Virus record (IMG/VR): IMGVR_UViG_3300046167_000924
Coordinates: 32,001 to 96,000 of that record
Reading direction: 5' to 3' (one strand)
DNA from: a virus
Length of the DNA: 64,000 nucleotides
Shown here: piece after piece, positions 48,312-59,151 of the stretch
Layout of the letters: each line of letters begins with the position of its first letter
Numbering within the stretch: position 1 is the stretch's first letter
The notes under the pieces: generated by a model
What the model was told of the DNA's origin: nothing
Databases searched by the model: none
Seen by the model: the letters and a program-made list of their open reading frames with translations, nothing else
Program-made: the position numbers and the translations under genes

Positions 48312-48563
48312 TTATGAGACTCCAATTAAAGCATCATGTATTAGATGCCGAGTCTTATAGTCTAATATTCGCCCTTCTTCATCTTGAGGAAGACTACCAA
48401 GCATATTTTCAAAATCTTGATTCAAGACTTCGCACATACAAGCAACCTTCCGATAGATTCCGATTTCTTTATATTTAAGTATTGCCCACATCGAGTCTAC
48501 TTGAGCCTCGTTAGCTTGAGAAATTTTTTCAAGCAACTCTATTTGTTCTGTTTCTGTATTCAT
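48312..48563 (-). CDS. Hypothetical protein
   Basis: Operon ORF after rIIB. Confidence 0.7.
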   Translation of the reverse strand: MNTETEQIELLEKISQANEAQVDSMWAILKYKEIGIYRKVACMCEVLNQDFENMLGSLPQDEEGRILDYKTRHLIHDALIGVS

Positions 48564-48583
48564 AATTGTATTAAATTAATTAT

Positions 48584-49741
48584 TTAATTAAGTTCAACTC
48601 TCCACATGGAGCGAGGTAAATCTTCATCTTCAAAAATGTCATATCCAAGATCAATTACTATATCTTGTATTTCTCCACAAGTCAACTCTGAACCTTTCAT
48701 TCTGCTTTGAATTTGTTTGAGCATTGGACATTCTCCATCTTCATGCTTGTTTTCAATGTAATTTCTGATTGAAAGATAATCGTTGGGCATATCTTCTAAT
48801 GGCTCATTGTAATCATCATCATCATAATTTTCGGGAAGAGTAACTTTTGGTTCTCCGTATTCGTCAAGATCATAATTATCGTCATCAGACAAATCACAAT
48901 CGTAGTCGCAATTATCATCTTCACAACAATCATCTGAATCTGATCCATAGATAGGCTTATTAGCCTCGTAGATGGGCTTATCAATCTCTTTGCGAGTGTC
49001 AGTAATGTCAGACACTACCTTGTACTTTGAAACCCTAAGTTTCTGAAAGTTGCAATCAGTAGGAACGCTAACTGCATCTGATGGATCAAATTCAACAACA
49101 AGTAATTTGCCGTCTGATCCCGCCCATTCGTTAGCGTAATCGTAACTACCCACATGAAGACCAAAAGAACAATGATGATCCTTGTTGTCATCCACACATC
49201 TACGAGCAACTTCAATCGTTGCACCAACTTCATTGAGAATTTGATGCCTACCATTAGTCTCACCTTGCAATACGATTGTATCTGCATTACCTGTTTGTGA
49301 CCAATAATCTCCTTGAACTCCCTTATACCCCAATACTTTTCCTTCGGGAGTATTTGGCAAAGATTTATAACTCAAGAAAGAATACAATTCATTTACAGAA
49401 TTTGCACTTGGATTGGATTGCAAGCGAGTAATAAAGTTTACAAGAGGTGCAGAATCTTTCATTCCACTACGAAGCATTTCTAGTAACTTGTCAACAACAA
49501 CTCCATGCAGACGATTATTCTTGTAATAAACAACTTCGTCACGCACTTCAACATCTCCTTCAACAAAGTTTTCGACTGACTTTTTGATGTCAATGAGATC
49601 GCCAAGATCATCATATCTTGCATCGAACAATGCCTTGCGTACAAGTTGGAAATTTGGATGGTCACTACGAAGAGTGTATGGCTTGCCATCCCAAAAGATC
49701 GTTACTGAATTTTCGCTTAATGTATATGGTACTTTTTTCAT
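48584..49741 (-). CDS. rIIB: RIIB-like protein
   Basis: GYKGV, GLHVGSYDYA, FDPSDAVSVPTD; downstream of rIIA. Confidence 0.85.
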   Translation of the reverse strand: MKKVPYTLSENSVTIFWDGKPYTLRSDHPNFQLVRKALFDARYDDLGDLIDIKKSVENFVEGDVEVRDEVVYYKNNRLHGVVVDKLLEMLRSGMKDSAPLVNFITRLQSNPSANSVNELYSFLSYKSLPNTPEGKVLGYKGVQGDYWSQTGNADTIVLQGETNGRHQILNEVGATIEVARRCVDDNKDHHCSFGLHVGSYDYANEWAGSDGKLLVVEFDPSDAVSVPTDCNFQKLRVSKYKVVSDITDTRKEIDKPIYEANKPIYGSDSDDCCEDDNCDYDCDLSDDDNYDLDEYGEPKVTLPENYDDDDYNEPLEDMPNDYLSIRNYIENKHEDGECPMLKQIQSRMKGSELTCGEIQDIVIDLGYDIFEDEDLPRSMWRVELN

Positions 49742-49777
49742 TATTCTAATATAATATATTTTTGTTTGTTTGTCAAG

Positions 49778-52066
49778 TTAATTTTTATCACAGAGTAAAA
49801 TATAATCTATAATATCTTTAAAAAGTTTTTCATCTGCTCTGTATGAATTTACACTATTTGATACATAATCGAGGAAAGAATACTTTTCTCTAATTGTATC
49901 TATATCTTTTGCGAATTGCTTCGCAGAGAATCCATTGTCAAGATTGAATTTGAGCCAATCTTTATCGAACTTAGAAATGAATGCGATTGCAGAATTACAT
50001 TGAGGGCAAGCACCTTCATTGATAACGATCTGAAAGTTATCTCTGATCTTGCGTACCAAATTATCTTTTGGTAATTTGTCGAACTTAATTCGAGTTGAAT
50101 TCATAATGTATGCAAGATTGTATCTGCAATCAGCAATAGACTTCTGAATGTCCGTATCATCGTGATGAAGAGAGTCTACGCTAAACTTAATGTAAGATTT
50201 TTTCGCTTCAGTTAAGTTTGAGAGTAAATAATCTTTAGAGTTTTGAAGAAGAAAATCTTCAAAAGAAATCCAAGAATCTGAATCTAACTTAGATACATCT
50301 CCACTACGAATTCCAAACAAGCGAAACTTTTTCGCATCTGATTTGTCATCTGATCTTCTACGCACTCTATCGCATAAACTATATACCTTGCCGAGATCAT
50401 AGTCATCACTATCAATCTTGTAATTCTTGATTTTTACATATACAAGTTTGCCATCAATAGCACCATCAGTATCATCTTGGATTTTGTCAATATCTTCTTT
50501 GACATTTTTCCAATAATCTATATTGCGGTAGCTAGGTCTGTCTTGAACCATTTCAAATAATGGAATGTTTGCACGACTACCATTAGATTTGCGTACTCCA
50601 TTGTATTGAATTTTTTCTTTAACTACATTGGATGTAAGTCGAATATGTTTCTTGTCTACAAGGTCAAAATTCCATTCATTTTTAATATAACTTTTAGCTA
50701 ATTTAGTCAATGGATTAATGAAAAATATATTATTCAGTTTTTCGTTTTCATTAAATATAGTTCTTGCACGAAGATTGTTGCCATGTGAAGATTCTATATC
50801 TTGCATAAGAAAAATTGTCTCATCATCACAATGAATTCGGGTAACTTTGTTCGAGCGAACTTTAAATCCATTTCTTGCAGAAGAATCGTGATCCCTAGTT
50901 GTTTGAGTAAGAATTAAATCATCATACATTTTATGATCTCGATGAAATGTTGCTGATTGAATCTTGATGCCGTTCCACTCGAAAGCGTTTTCAAAAATTT
51001 GCCTCATGTTATATGGCATAGAATTAACTATTCTTGCATAGTTACTTTTTGCCTCAAAAAGATCATTTGAGTCTGCAAGTTTTTCTTTAGCAATTTCTTG
51101 CACTTCATCGCAAGCCTTTAACATTGCACCAATAATCTTTTGTTGAGTAGCTTTGTTGTACTCTAATGACTCTCTACTATGATGCAATTTGACTGCACCT
51201 AATGGTAATCGCAAATAAAAATTTGTTTGACCAAGTAGGTTGTAGATAATATCTTTCTTTCTCGAACTCTCTACAAAATTATCAACTTGAACAGAGTTTT
51301 TATCTAGTGGATAAGCAACTCTTCCCATGATAATGTGAGCATTATAACTTCTTTGACTATAATAAGAATCATTGCGTTCATCTTCCAAGAAAAACCAAGA
51401 ACCATTCTTCGATTCAATAACCTTACTTCTGTTTCTAATAAAAGTTCCATCGTCACCAATAAACTTTGGCATTTCTTTGTCAGAAAAGAACTCAAAAAAG
51501 TTTTTAATTATCTTGCGAAAATCATCCACATCTGATTCTGAAACCGCAACTTCAATGCAAAGACCACTTGGTTCATTGCTTGGTTCGGGTTCTTGCAGTT
51601 CTACAATTTTTGTGTCATCATTGTCATTAACAAAGACATTATATGAACTTTTGAGTCCACCATTATAGGAAACGCAAGTGAAATTGTCTCCATAGGAAAG
51701 CGGAGCAAATTTACCAATACCAAATGCACCAATATAATTGTTCGATTGCCTTTTGGTACTCTTGCCATACTTGGAGTATAAGCCGAATACATCTTCTTTA
51801 CTTAGTCCACCGCCAAAGTCACGAACTCTAAAAGTAGGACTTAGCTTGCTAGGAATTGAGATTTCAATCGGTCGAGTTTCGTTAGCTTCAACATTCGCAT
51901 CTAGTGCATTAGCACTAATCTCACGAACGACTGCAAGCCGAGTGTTGGAGTAATTGTTTCGCAAGAGCGAAGCAACATAACGCATATCTTCGGCATCAAT
52001 CGTACAATTTACGGAATCAAAATCGTGCGACTGCACAATGGTTTTTTTATCTTTTTCAATTATCAT
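49778..52066 (-). CDS. rIIA: RIIA-like protein (GHKL ATPase)
   Basis: VREISANALDA, VRDFGGG, YGKSTKR, GAFGIGK, HHSRESL. Confidence 0.88.
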   Translation of the reverse strand: MIIEKDKKTIVQSHDFDSVNCTIDAEDMRYVASLLRNNYSNTRLAVVREISANALDANVEANETRPIEISIPSKLSPTFRVRDFGGGLSKEDVFGLYSKYGKSTKRQSNNYIGAFGIGKFAPLSYGDNFTCVSYNGGLKSSYNVFVNDNDDTKIVELQEPEPSNEPSGLCIEVAVSESDVDDFRKIIKNFFEFFSDKEMPKFIGDDGTFIRNRSKVIESKNGSWFFLEDERNDSYYSQRSYNAHIIMGRVAYPLDKNSVQVDNFVESSRKKDIIYNLLGQTNFYLRLPLGAVKLHHSRESLEYNKATQQKIIGAMLKACDEVQEIAKEKLADSNDLFEAKSNYARIVNSMPYNMRQIFENAFEWNGIKIQSATFHRDHKMYDDLILTQTTRDHDSSARNGFKVRSNKVTRIHCDDETIFLMQDIESSHGNNLRARTIFNENEKLNNIFFINPLTKLAKSYIKNEWNFDLVDKKHIRLTSNVVKEKIQYNGVRKSNGSRANIPLFEMVQDRPSYRNIDYWKNVKEDIDKIQDDTDGAIDGKLVYVKIKNYKIDSDDYDLGKVYSLCDRVRRRSDDKSDAKKFRLFGIRSGDVSKLDSDSWISFEDFLLQNSKDYLLSNLTEAKKSYIKFSVDSLHHDDTDIQKSIADCRYNLAYIMNSTRIKFDKLPKDNLVRKIRDNFQIVINEGACPQCNSAIAFISKFDKDWLKFNLDNGFSAKQFAKDIDTIREKYSFLDYVSNSVNSYRADEKLFKDIIDYILLCDKN

Positions 52067-52138
52067 TTTTATTCAATTAGTTTTGTTTTAAGTAAGACTC
52101 TATTATAATATAGGTTTTAAAGTTTGTCAAGAAAAAAG

Positions 52139-52381
52139 TTATTGCCGTCTTCCATTGCCATCTAAAACATTACGCAAGCAACTTGATTGCCCTTTCCTAG
52201 AGGAAATTGATTTAGCTTGGTTGAAGCTATCTGCACTAGCGTACTGCACTAAAATTGGAGTGCTTTTATCTAAATATACCATCATGCCCTTGCGAGGTTG
52301 TGAGGCTAACTCTTTTTCGTGCTTCTTGATTGAAGCGTTCATGTCTGCAATAAAATCTATCATTCCTAAAGTATGACACAA
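52139..52381 (-). CDS. Hypothetical protein (start probably near 52363)
   Basis: Promoter with TGTCATACT upstream. Confidence 0.6.
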   Translation of the reverse strand: MCHTLGMIDFIADMNASIKKHEKELASQPRKGMMVYLDKSTPILVQYASADSFNQAKSISSRKGQSSCLRNVLDGNGRRQ

Positions 52382-52423
52382 AAACGAAATTGTGTCAAGG
52401 CTTTTTGCAAAAATATTTCTAAG

Positions 52424-52690
52424 TTATTGCTCTTGAGTTATTTGAGTAAGAATATCACTCTCATCAACCCATCTGTGCTTTGATGCGTATGGAGAGAAAG
52501 TTTTTCTTTCGAGGGTCACTAATTCTATTTCCCAATGTTTGTGATCCATCATTTCGAGTTGATACTCGATTGCTTTCTTAGCGTTTTCTGCAAGATAATA
52601 ATGGTAGTTATGACCTCTTGAATTTCTGCTAATGTATTTTATTCTGTACTCAAATAGTTTTGGATATTTATTTGAGTTTTTTTTGTTCAT
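52424..52690 (-). CDS. Hypothetical protein
   Basis: Operon ORF. Confidence 0.65.
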   Translation of the reverse strand: MNKKNSNKYPKLFEYRIKYISRNSRGHNYHYYLAENAKKAIEYQLEMMDHKHWEIELVTLERKTFSPYASKHRWVDESDILTQITQEQ

Positions 52691-52691
52691 T

Positions 52692-53150
52692 CTATTTTAA
52701 GTCTTCTATGTCTAGTTCTTCTACTTCTTTTACTGCTTTATTTAATCCTTTTCTGCCTTCAGTTATCTTCTCTCTACTGAAACCCCAAAATGTTATTTCC
52801 CATAATATATGAGCAACAATAGTGGTTTGATTAAACGCTTTTGGGGCAACAACTTGGCAGTCAATTATTTCTCCCCAATCCATAAAGTCTAAACCATAAT
52901 GTTCATCTTCATTATCATCGTAAAAACATACATCTATTATTTGCTCTTCTTCGTTTTCGACTTCATTTAAAACAACTAAATTTTTTGTTTTATTTTGTTG
53001 TTCGATAGACTTTAACTCTTTGAACGCTTGTTGAAATTTTATTGAAAACTCTACAACCTTATCTTGAGTGCGATCTTTTAAAAAAGTTTTATATATAACA
53101 TTGAAAATATTTTTATATGATTTTCTATACAATAATTCTCTTAATGTCAT
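52692..53150 (-). CDS. Hypothetical protein
   Basis: GTG-TATATA-5-ATG; LWEITFWGFS. Confidence 0.75.
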   Translation of the reverse strand: MTLRELLYRKSYKNIFNVIYKTFLKDRTQDKVVEFSIKFQQAFKELKSIEQQNKTKNLVVLNEVENEEEQIIDVCFYDDNEDEHYGLDFMDWGEIIDCQVVAPKAFNQTTIVAHILWEITFWGFSREKITEGRKGLNKAVKEVEELDIEDLK

Positions 53151-53169
53151 ATATGTATATACACCTTAT

Positions 53170-53382
53170 TTAATATAAATTTTCGTCAGTCCAATATATA
53201 TTTGAGAATAATACAAGGTCAACGCTATCCGCCTCTTCAATCTCTATTCCTACTGCATCTCCTTCGGGGACGACTTTATTTGTATCTTGATAAAAAAATT
53301 CTTCTACATCAGAAGCACAAGTTATCTGCCAATTATTTACATTTCTCACATTTTTTTTGTTCCAATTATTTGTATTGTTCAT
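53170..53382 (-). CDS. Hypothetical protein
   Basis: Operon ORF. Confidence 0.6.
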   Translation of the reverse strand: MNNTNNWNKKNVRNVNNWQITCASDVEEFFYQDTNKVVPEGDAVGIEIEEADSVDLVLFSNIYWTDENLY

Positions 53383-53385
53383 ATA

Positions 53386-53649
53386 TTAAAAATCTTGATC
53401 GAATTCATCTTCGTCTAGGTTGTCTAGTTCTAGGAATTTATAAAGCCAAGTAGAAAACTCTTGCAAGTCATATAAGAATCTTTTTGTATTATTATTTGCT
53501 ACCCAAAACATTTGTTGTTGCAATAGCATTCCATGCCTTTCTGATATTTCTTCTAATTTGGAAACAGGTAAATCTTCGGTACAAGTTTCATACATTAAAT
53601 TAATTGCTTCCATTTTTCTGGAAATTTCTTCGTCATAATCTTCTTGCAT
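53386..53649 (-). CDS. Acidic hypothetical protein
   Basis: Operon ORF. Confidence 0.65.
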   Translation of the reverse strand: MQEDYDEEISRKMEAINLMYETCTEDLPVSKLEEISERHGMLLQQQMFWVANNNTKRFLYDLQEFSTWLYKFLELDNLDEDEFDQDF

Positions 53650-53852
53650 ATCTATGATCCGATGGTTACTAATTCTATTATTTCACGAACATGAGTTTGC
53701 AACTCAGTTTCTAGTCTATTTGCTAACATTTCTCTAGCACTTTCACTTTTGATATTTAATTGTGAGTCTCGCAACTCCTCTAAAACTTTAAGGATTATTT
53801 CTTTCATATTCACCTATTATATCATACCCATTGTTATTTGTCAAGAATATTT

Positions 53853-54077
53853 TTAACCTTCGTAATTGTCAAATTCATTTGATTCGGGATCAAAGATCGG
53901 AAAAAGATAACTTATTTGCGTTCCATCTTTTTCTTCTTCCATGATTGCTTCGTATCTTATTTCACCTCTCGCTTCGTGCCATAGTCCATCTACCATAATT
54001 CCGCTTTTAAAAACAGAGGAAAATGTATGATCCATGTGGAATCTAACATATCTTTTACTTCTCTCCCCTACATTCAT
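53853..54077 (-). CDS. Hypothetical protein
   Basis: Operon ORF. Confidence 0.6.
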   Translation of the reverse strand: MNVGERSKRYVRFHMDHTFSSVFKSGIMVDGLWHEARGEIRYEAIMEEEKDGTQISYLFPIFDPESNEFDNYEG

Positions 54078-54384
54078 TTGACTCTTTCAAGCATAAAGCT
54101 AAAGATTCTAAATCGAATCGAGATTGAGTGGAAGTAGCAAAAAGATTTCTGTTATCCATTTGATTCCATATTTGTTTGCATAAAGAAATTTTTTCAATTA
54201 AGTCAAGCTCTTTCATTTGATTCACAATTTCTCTCCAAAAAGAATATGACTTTCTGCCTCTTATTTGTTTTTCTTTGTGGAATAATTTAATATTATTTGC
54301 TTTGATTAAATCTTCAAAATCTAAATATTTAAAAGTGCAAAATTTGTTATCTAATAAAACTTCTCTCATCGAATAAATAACCAA
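54055..54384 (-). CDS. Hypothetical protein
   Basis: ORF track. Confidence 0.6.
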   Translation of the reverse strand: MVIYSMREVLLDNKFCTFKYLDFEDLIKANNIKLFHKEKQIRGRKSYSFWREIVNQMKELDLIEKISLCKQIWNQMDNRNLFATSTQSRFDLESLALCLKESNECRGEK

Positions 54385-54441
54385 ATACTCATGGCGACAA
54401 TTAATATTATATTTACTACAATAACTAAAATGGCACTTTTA

Positions 54442-54777
54442 TCACCCATCAAATGCTACCTTTCCGTTTTTATAATTAAATAAAACTTTTGTTATTTCTG
54501 TATTTATTTGATGATGTTCATTTTCTTCATTAGGTGGATCAACATGATATGCCGAGCAACCCCATTCGTACCCATCAAAATCATCATACTTTTGCCCAAA
54601 GTTCGCCTCGTGAATATTGTAGTCAATAAAATTTCCATTATTTGATGGAACGCTATTCCAATAATCAAAATTATCTCCATCAGTTTCGATGTCAGGATTA
54701 ACTTCAACTTTTTTTATGTGCGATAACGCTTTATCAATTATCAATAATTCAACTTCTTTATCTAATTCTAATAACAT
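54442..54777 (-). CDS. Hypothetical protein
   Basis: Operon ORF. Confidence 0.65.
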   Translation of the reverse strand: MLLELDKEVELLIIDKALSHIKKVEVNPDIETDGDNFDYWNSVPSNNGNFIDYNIHEANFGQKYDDFDGYEWGCSAYHVDPPNEENEHHQINTEITKVLFNYKNGKVAFDG

Positions 54778-54781
54778 TCTC

Positions 54782-55009
54782 TTATTTATCCTTATTTGCT
54801 ATTGTTCCGTTTTTAATTAAACGCTCGAATACATTCCACATTTTTTGATAGCGAGTATCGTGCATTTGTTTCATGCCAATCAACATATTTAATAGTTGAT
54901 CCTCAGTATGTTTGATTGGGGAATCTCCAATCGCATATATAATTGTTTCTATGTCTTGACCTATTTGGTGCAAGTCACTCATTGCGTCTTCTAATTCAAA
55001 TCTGTTCAT
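54782..55009 (-). CDS. Hypothetical protein
   Basis: Own TTGACA promoter. Confidence 0.7.
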   Translation of the reverse strand: MNRFELEDAMSDLHQIGQDIETIIYAIGDSPIKHTEDQLLNMLIGMKQMHDTRYQKMWNVFERLIKNGTIANKDK

Positions 55010-55047
55010 GCTTACGACTATACAATATTTTTAAAACTTTGTCAAGC

Positions 55048-55236
55048 CTAATCTTCGGTTGACTTTATTATTTTAGAAATTGATGCAGTATATAATCTTT
55101 TTCTGCCCATTAACTGCTTGTATTTTTTCTTGGCTTTATCTAGCGAATTAAATATTTGCCATTCATTAATGTGCAAGGGACTTTGCTTTATTGTTAAAGC
55201 CCATGCAACAATGTATTTTTCATTATTGGCTGACAT
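55048..55236 (-). CDS. Hypothetical protein
   Basis: Operon ORF. Confidence 0.6.
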   Translation of the reverse strand: MSANNEKYIVAWALTIKQSPLHINEWQIFNSLDKAKKKYKQLMGRKRLYTASISKIIKSTED

Positions 55237-55242
55237 GGAGTT

Positions 55243-55521
55243 CTATATATCAAGTTGATCTTTGGTTAGTCTATGCAAAGTTTCCAATCTATCTTCCGCA
55301 TCTGCAAGAAGAGATAATGCTTCTTCTGCATTTTTGTAAAAATCTTCGGTTGAATGATCTCCGATGCCAACTGCATTTGAACCTAGTAAATCTAGGCTTA
55401 ACTTGGCTTTGGCTACATCTGCTTTTGCGGATGTTTTTAACATTTGATATAAATTATTATTCATCTTCATTCGTAAATAATAACATAAAACTTGCCCCAA
55501 TGCAATAACAAAGTACGCCAA
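55243..55521 (-). CDS. Conserved-type phage protein (start probably near 55470)
   Basis: AVGIGDHSTEDF motif. Confidence 0.65.
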   Translation of the reverse strand: MAYFVIALGQVLCYYLRMKMNNNLYQMLKTSAKADVAKAKLSLDLLGSNAVGIGDHSTEDFYKNAEEALSLLADAEDRLETLHRLTKDQLDI

Positions 55522-55556
55522 TCGCTAAAAAAGTTCCTTTAATCCAATCTAAAAAT

Positions 55557-55832
55557 TTATTCATTTGAGTATGGTTTTACATCTCCGTTTTGAACGATTT
55601 TAACTTCTTCATAGACTCCGATTTTTCTTCTGTATATTTCCATTTTAACACATTCTAATGCTCCAATGATGTCGTTATATGTTTGGTATGACTCTTTATT
55701 TTGCGAAAGGTATTCTGCAATTAGCTTGTGAATTGCATAATTTAACCCGCCCGCATCTTTAAATTCGGATAAATGAGAGGCGACTAGCCCTCTATCTATT
55801 TTTTCTTTTTGTGATGATGATATATATGGCAT
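55557..55832 (-). CDS. Conserved-type phage protein
   Basis: MPYI..GLNYAI..IGALECVKMEIYRR..NGDV. Confidence 0.75.
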   Translation of the reverse strand: MPYISSSQKEKIDRGLVASHLSEFKDAGGLNYAIHKLIAEYLSQNKESYQTYNDIIGALECVKMEIYRRKIGVYEEVKIVQNGDVKPYSNE

Positions 55833-55870
55833 GGCGATATTATATTTGATTTGTTTGAAAATGTCAAGCG

Positions 55871-56521
55871 TTATTTATTTGATTGTTTATAAATACTATA
55901 TTTGTGCGTTTTTGAAAATGCGTTTTTAAAGTATGTAAAAAACTCTGCTTCTCTAGCGTGAATATTATAACCATCGTTATCGAATATTCTGTACAATGAT
56001 GTTTTAAATCTCATTGGTAGATAAAAATTTTCTTTTATACATTTCTTGATGAATACAACTGCATGATCTAATACCTTTCGGGATATTTTATTTGATTTAA
56101 ATTTGTTTTTAATAAAAACTAAATATTCTTTTGCTTCTTTAAATGCTTGTTCTTTTTGGTATTCTTCGTATGTAGGTTCTCTTCCTGCGATGTCTCTCCC
56201 AACATCTTCTTCTGTTGTGAGTTTTTTAGCAGTTTTTTTTTCGCTTATTTTATTTCGGCATTCTATATTTGATTTATACATTTCTGCTTGCCGTTTCATT
56301 TCGTCTTTTTCTTTTTCTTTTAAAGTGTTGATCGCAGTAGATTCGTTCATCTTGCCATGAATAACCTTTCTAACATTCATGTCAATAGATCGACAAGTTA
56401 ATCTATAAGGAAAATTCTTGCAAAGAAAGCGATAGAATTGACCACTTATTTTGCCGTGTTTTAATTGTTTATGCAAGAATCTTCTGTAGTTGCAATTTTT
56501 TGTATTGTGCAATGTTTTCAT
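55871..56521 (-). CDS. Basic hypothetical protein
   Basis: 216-aa ORF. Confidence 0.65.
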   Translation of the reverse strand: MKTLHNTKNCNYRRFLHKQLKHGKISGQFYRFLCKNFPYRLTCRSIDMNVRKVIHGKMNESTAINTLKEKEKDEMKRQAEMYKSNIECRNKISEKKTAKKLTTEEDVGRDIAGREPTYEEYQKEQAFKEAKEYLVFIKNKFKSNKISRKVLDHAVVFIKKCIKENFYLPMRFKTSLYRIFDNDGYNIHAREAEFFTYFKNAFSKTHKYSIYKQSNK

Positions 56522-56581
56522 ATGTACATATTTTAGCTTTTTATCGACATATATTTAAAATGTGTCGATTTTATAAGCATA

Positions 56582-56812
56582 TTATTTTTGTTTATTTGTT
56601 TTTTTATCTCCCCAAAAGCCACAAACACATGGCTTATTATTTTTTTGATTCGCTCCTTCTTGGAAGCCTTTTTCATATGATTGGTTTGCGTTTTTACTTA
56701 ATATTTTTTCAAATTTTCTCGATAAGATTTCTTGTGCATCTGCGAAGCCTTTGTTGTACCCACGCTCGTAGTATATGTTTTCTGCCATGTGTTCTATCAT
56801 GTCGTTGTTCAT
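56582..56812 (-). CDS. Hypothetical protein
   Basis: ORF track. Confidence 0.55.
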   Translation of the reverse strand: MNNDMIEHMAENIYYERGYNKGFADAQEILSRKFEKILSKNANQSYEKGFQEGANQKNNKPCVCGFWGDKKTNKQK

Positions 56813-56993
56813 ATTATCTCATATTTTTGTGTGTTTGTCAATCTTTTTTTTATTTATTGTTGTTTTCCAAACCTTGTGATTTGTATCTAGCTTCATGCTC
56901 CAATACATTATTTTGCTATAGACAGGGTACAGAAAGGCGAATAAATCACAATACAATAAAAAACTTAATGCATGACCGCAATAATACAAAAAA

Positions 56994-57284
56994 TTACTTG
57001 CAATCAACTTCATCTATTTTAGCTTTTACCGCTTCTTCGCAGAGTTCGTTGAATGTTATATTTTTTTCATGTGCGAATGTCATGTATTTGAGTAATTCTT
57101 CTTTATCAAATTCTAGTTCTACATTTTCATATTTTACTTTTTTAATAATAAATGCTTCATCTTGAGGAATAAACTTTAATTCATCCCCCTCGTTCCATCC
57201 TAACCTATTTAAAACATCATCGGGTAAGCGAAAATATAATTCGCCATCAAAACTTTCTTTAACTTCTAGTTCTGAAACTTTCAC
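56994..57284 (-). CDS. AbrB/MazE/SpoVT-like DNA-binding protein
   Basis: GELYFRLPDDVLNRLGWNEGDELKF. Confidence 0.75.
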   Translation of the reverse strand: MKVSELEVKESFDGELYFRLPDDVLNRLGWNEGDELKFIPQDEAFIIKKVKYENVELEFDKEELLKYMTFAHEKNITFNELCEEAVKAKIDEVDCK

Positions 57285-57459
57285 GAATATCTTTTAATAG
57301 AGTTTACGATTGCCATTGCTCCTTCTTTGTTTTTGGTCATAATCGCTTCTCCTGTTGATAAGGAAATTTTCCAGAAATTATCTCTGCGTTTTACATAAAC
57401 TACATTAGTAGGATTTATGTAATAACTTTCATTATTTGCGTCTTCTATTGTTATCATTT

Positions 57460-57831
57460 TTAGTTAAACATATCGTCCGATTTTTTATAAAGATCGTCTT
57501 GAAATTTTTGAACTTTGTCTTGGTGCTTCGCTTCGTCCCAACCTTTTGCGTAACCTTGGTTGTAAGCTTCCGCATGATCTTCTTCTTGTTTAAGATACAT
57601 TGGGTGGTCGGGGTCGGTATAATTATATTTTTTATGACCTTGCATATTTTCGTCTCTCTCTTCTTGAGTAAACCATTTATATTCAGTATTAAATAATTCA
57701 TCTACATTGCTCGGATGGTAGCCCATGCTCACTAATAAACCCTTGAGCATATCTCCGATACTTTCTATATCTGTATCGTTATCGTATTCAACGCTATAAG
57801 TTTTATCGTAACTTGTAATTGTTATTTTCAT
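57460..57831 (-). CDS. Hypothetical protein
   Basis: 123-aa ORF. Confidence 0.65.
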   Translation of the reverse strand: MKITITSYDKTYSVEYDNDTDIESIGDMLKGLLVSMGYHPSNVDELFNTEYKWFTQEERDENMQGHKKYNYTDPDHPMYLKQEEDHAEAYNQGYAKGWDEAKHQDKVQKFQDDLYKKSDDMFN

Positions 57832-58276
57832 TATTTATTTCCAATCTTTCTCTAGTATGTATTTCTTTGCAACTCTGTTTGTTTTAAATGCTTTATTTTT
57901 TTCTTGCGATTCATATTTTGATAATATGGCACTGCTTAATCTTGCATAAGATGCTCGTGCAGTTGTGTCAATTAATATATATTTGTATAATTTTGGATTG
58001 TTTTCTATCATTTTTAATATTTATTGTTTTCATTTTTTAAACTTATTGTCTATCCAAACCTTGTAGGTATATAGAGCCATCAATATAAAAGTCAACATCA
58101 AGCCGTCTCCCCAAGATAAATTCCACAACTCTATTATTTGATCCATGAAACTATTCTATCACTTATCTCTTATTTTGTCAAGCTTTTTTTTGACACTCTT
58201 CCATTTTATTTTAGAGTAGTTGTCTTGAAATTGTTTTGAAATATTATTCCGAGGCGAGTCGCCTTTGCCGTTTTGA

Positions 58277-58864
58277 TTATTTGATGATTTGCCTTTTGTC
58301 ATTTTTAATTTTCCATATTCCTTCTGAATATATTAACCTACTATTTTCGTTAAAATGTATCTCTCCGTGACAATTTTTACATAAGAGCATACATTTATCA
58401 AGCTCTTTTTTAACAATATCTGAAAAAGTTTTAGATGTAAGTTTGCCAATTTCAAAATCTTTTTTTGAGCGATCTTTATGGTGAAACTCTAACGCCCCAA
58501 TAGATTCATTATAGCCACAAATTTCACATTCGCCACCTTTGTAATCAACGCATTGTTGGGTGAAATTGTATTTTCGCATAGAGGATTCTGCACTTTGACA
58601 ATATTTGCAGTAAGTTGCTCCATTAATAATTTTTTTTCCATTTCGGGTTCGATTGTTAAATTCTTTTATTGATAATATTTCTAAGCAACATGGACATTTT
58701 TTAATCCCAAGTTTTTTTAATTTTTCTTGCTTGGTAATTAAATTAAATTTATTAAAATAGTAAACTATATTTGAATTAGAACAATTTAACCACCTCGCTA
58801 TTTGCCTTCTAGTTAAACCTTCAGATATTTTTTTCTCTAATATTTCTTTGCTTATTTCTGTCAT
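58277..58864 (-). CDS. HNH endonuclease
   Basis: YKGGECEICGY, LEFHH, KCMLLCKNCHGEIH; N-terminal HTH and CxxC pairs. Confidence 0.85.
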   Translation of the reverse strand: MTEISKEILEKKISEGLTRRQIARWLNCSNSNIVYYFNKFNLITKQEKLKKLGIKKCPCCLEILSIKEFNNRTRNGKKIINGATYCKYCQSAESSMRKYNFTQQCVDYKGGECEICGYNESIGALEFHHKDRSKKDFEIGKLTSKTFSDIVKKELDKCMLLCKNCHGEIHFNENSRLIYSEGIWKIKNDKRQIIK

Positions 58865-59151
58865 TTTACATAAAATATATAAACATAATTACAATTCCCG
58901 CGATAATGAGTAACTCAATAATAAAACTCCAAGGATGGTACATATATTTATCAACTTATTTGCCGTAAACTAAGAAATCTTTGACCTCGATAACTAAAGG
59001 TATAAAATCTGAGTATATTAATCCTACTGATAGGCATATGCCTACAACCATTAAAAATATATCTTCTAATGTATCTCTATTGAATTCCATAAAAATATAT
59101 TAACATAAAAATCTAAAGTTGTCAAGTGGTTTGTTTGGTGTAATATGATTT

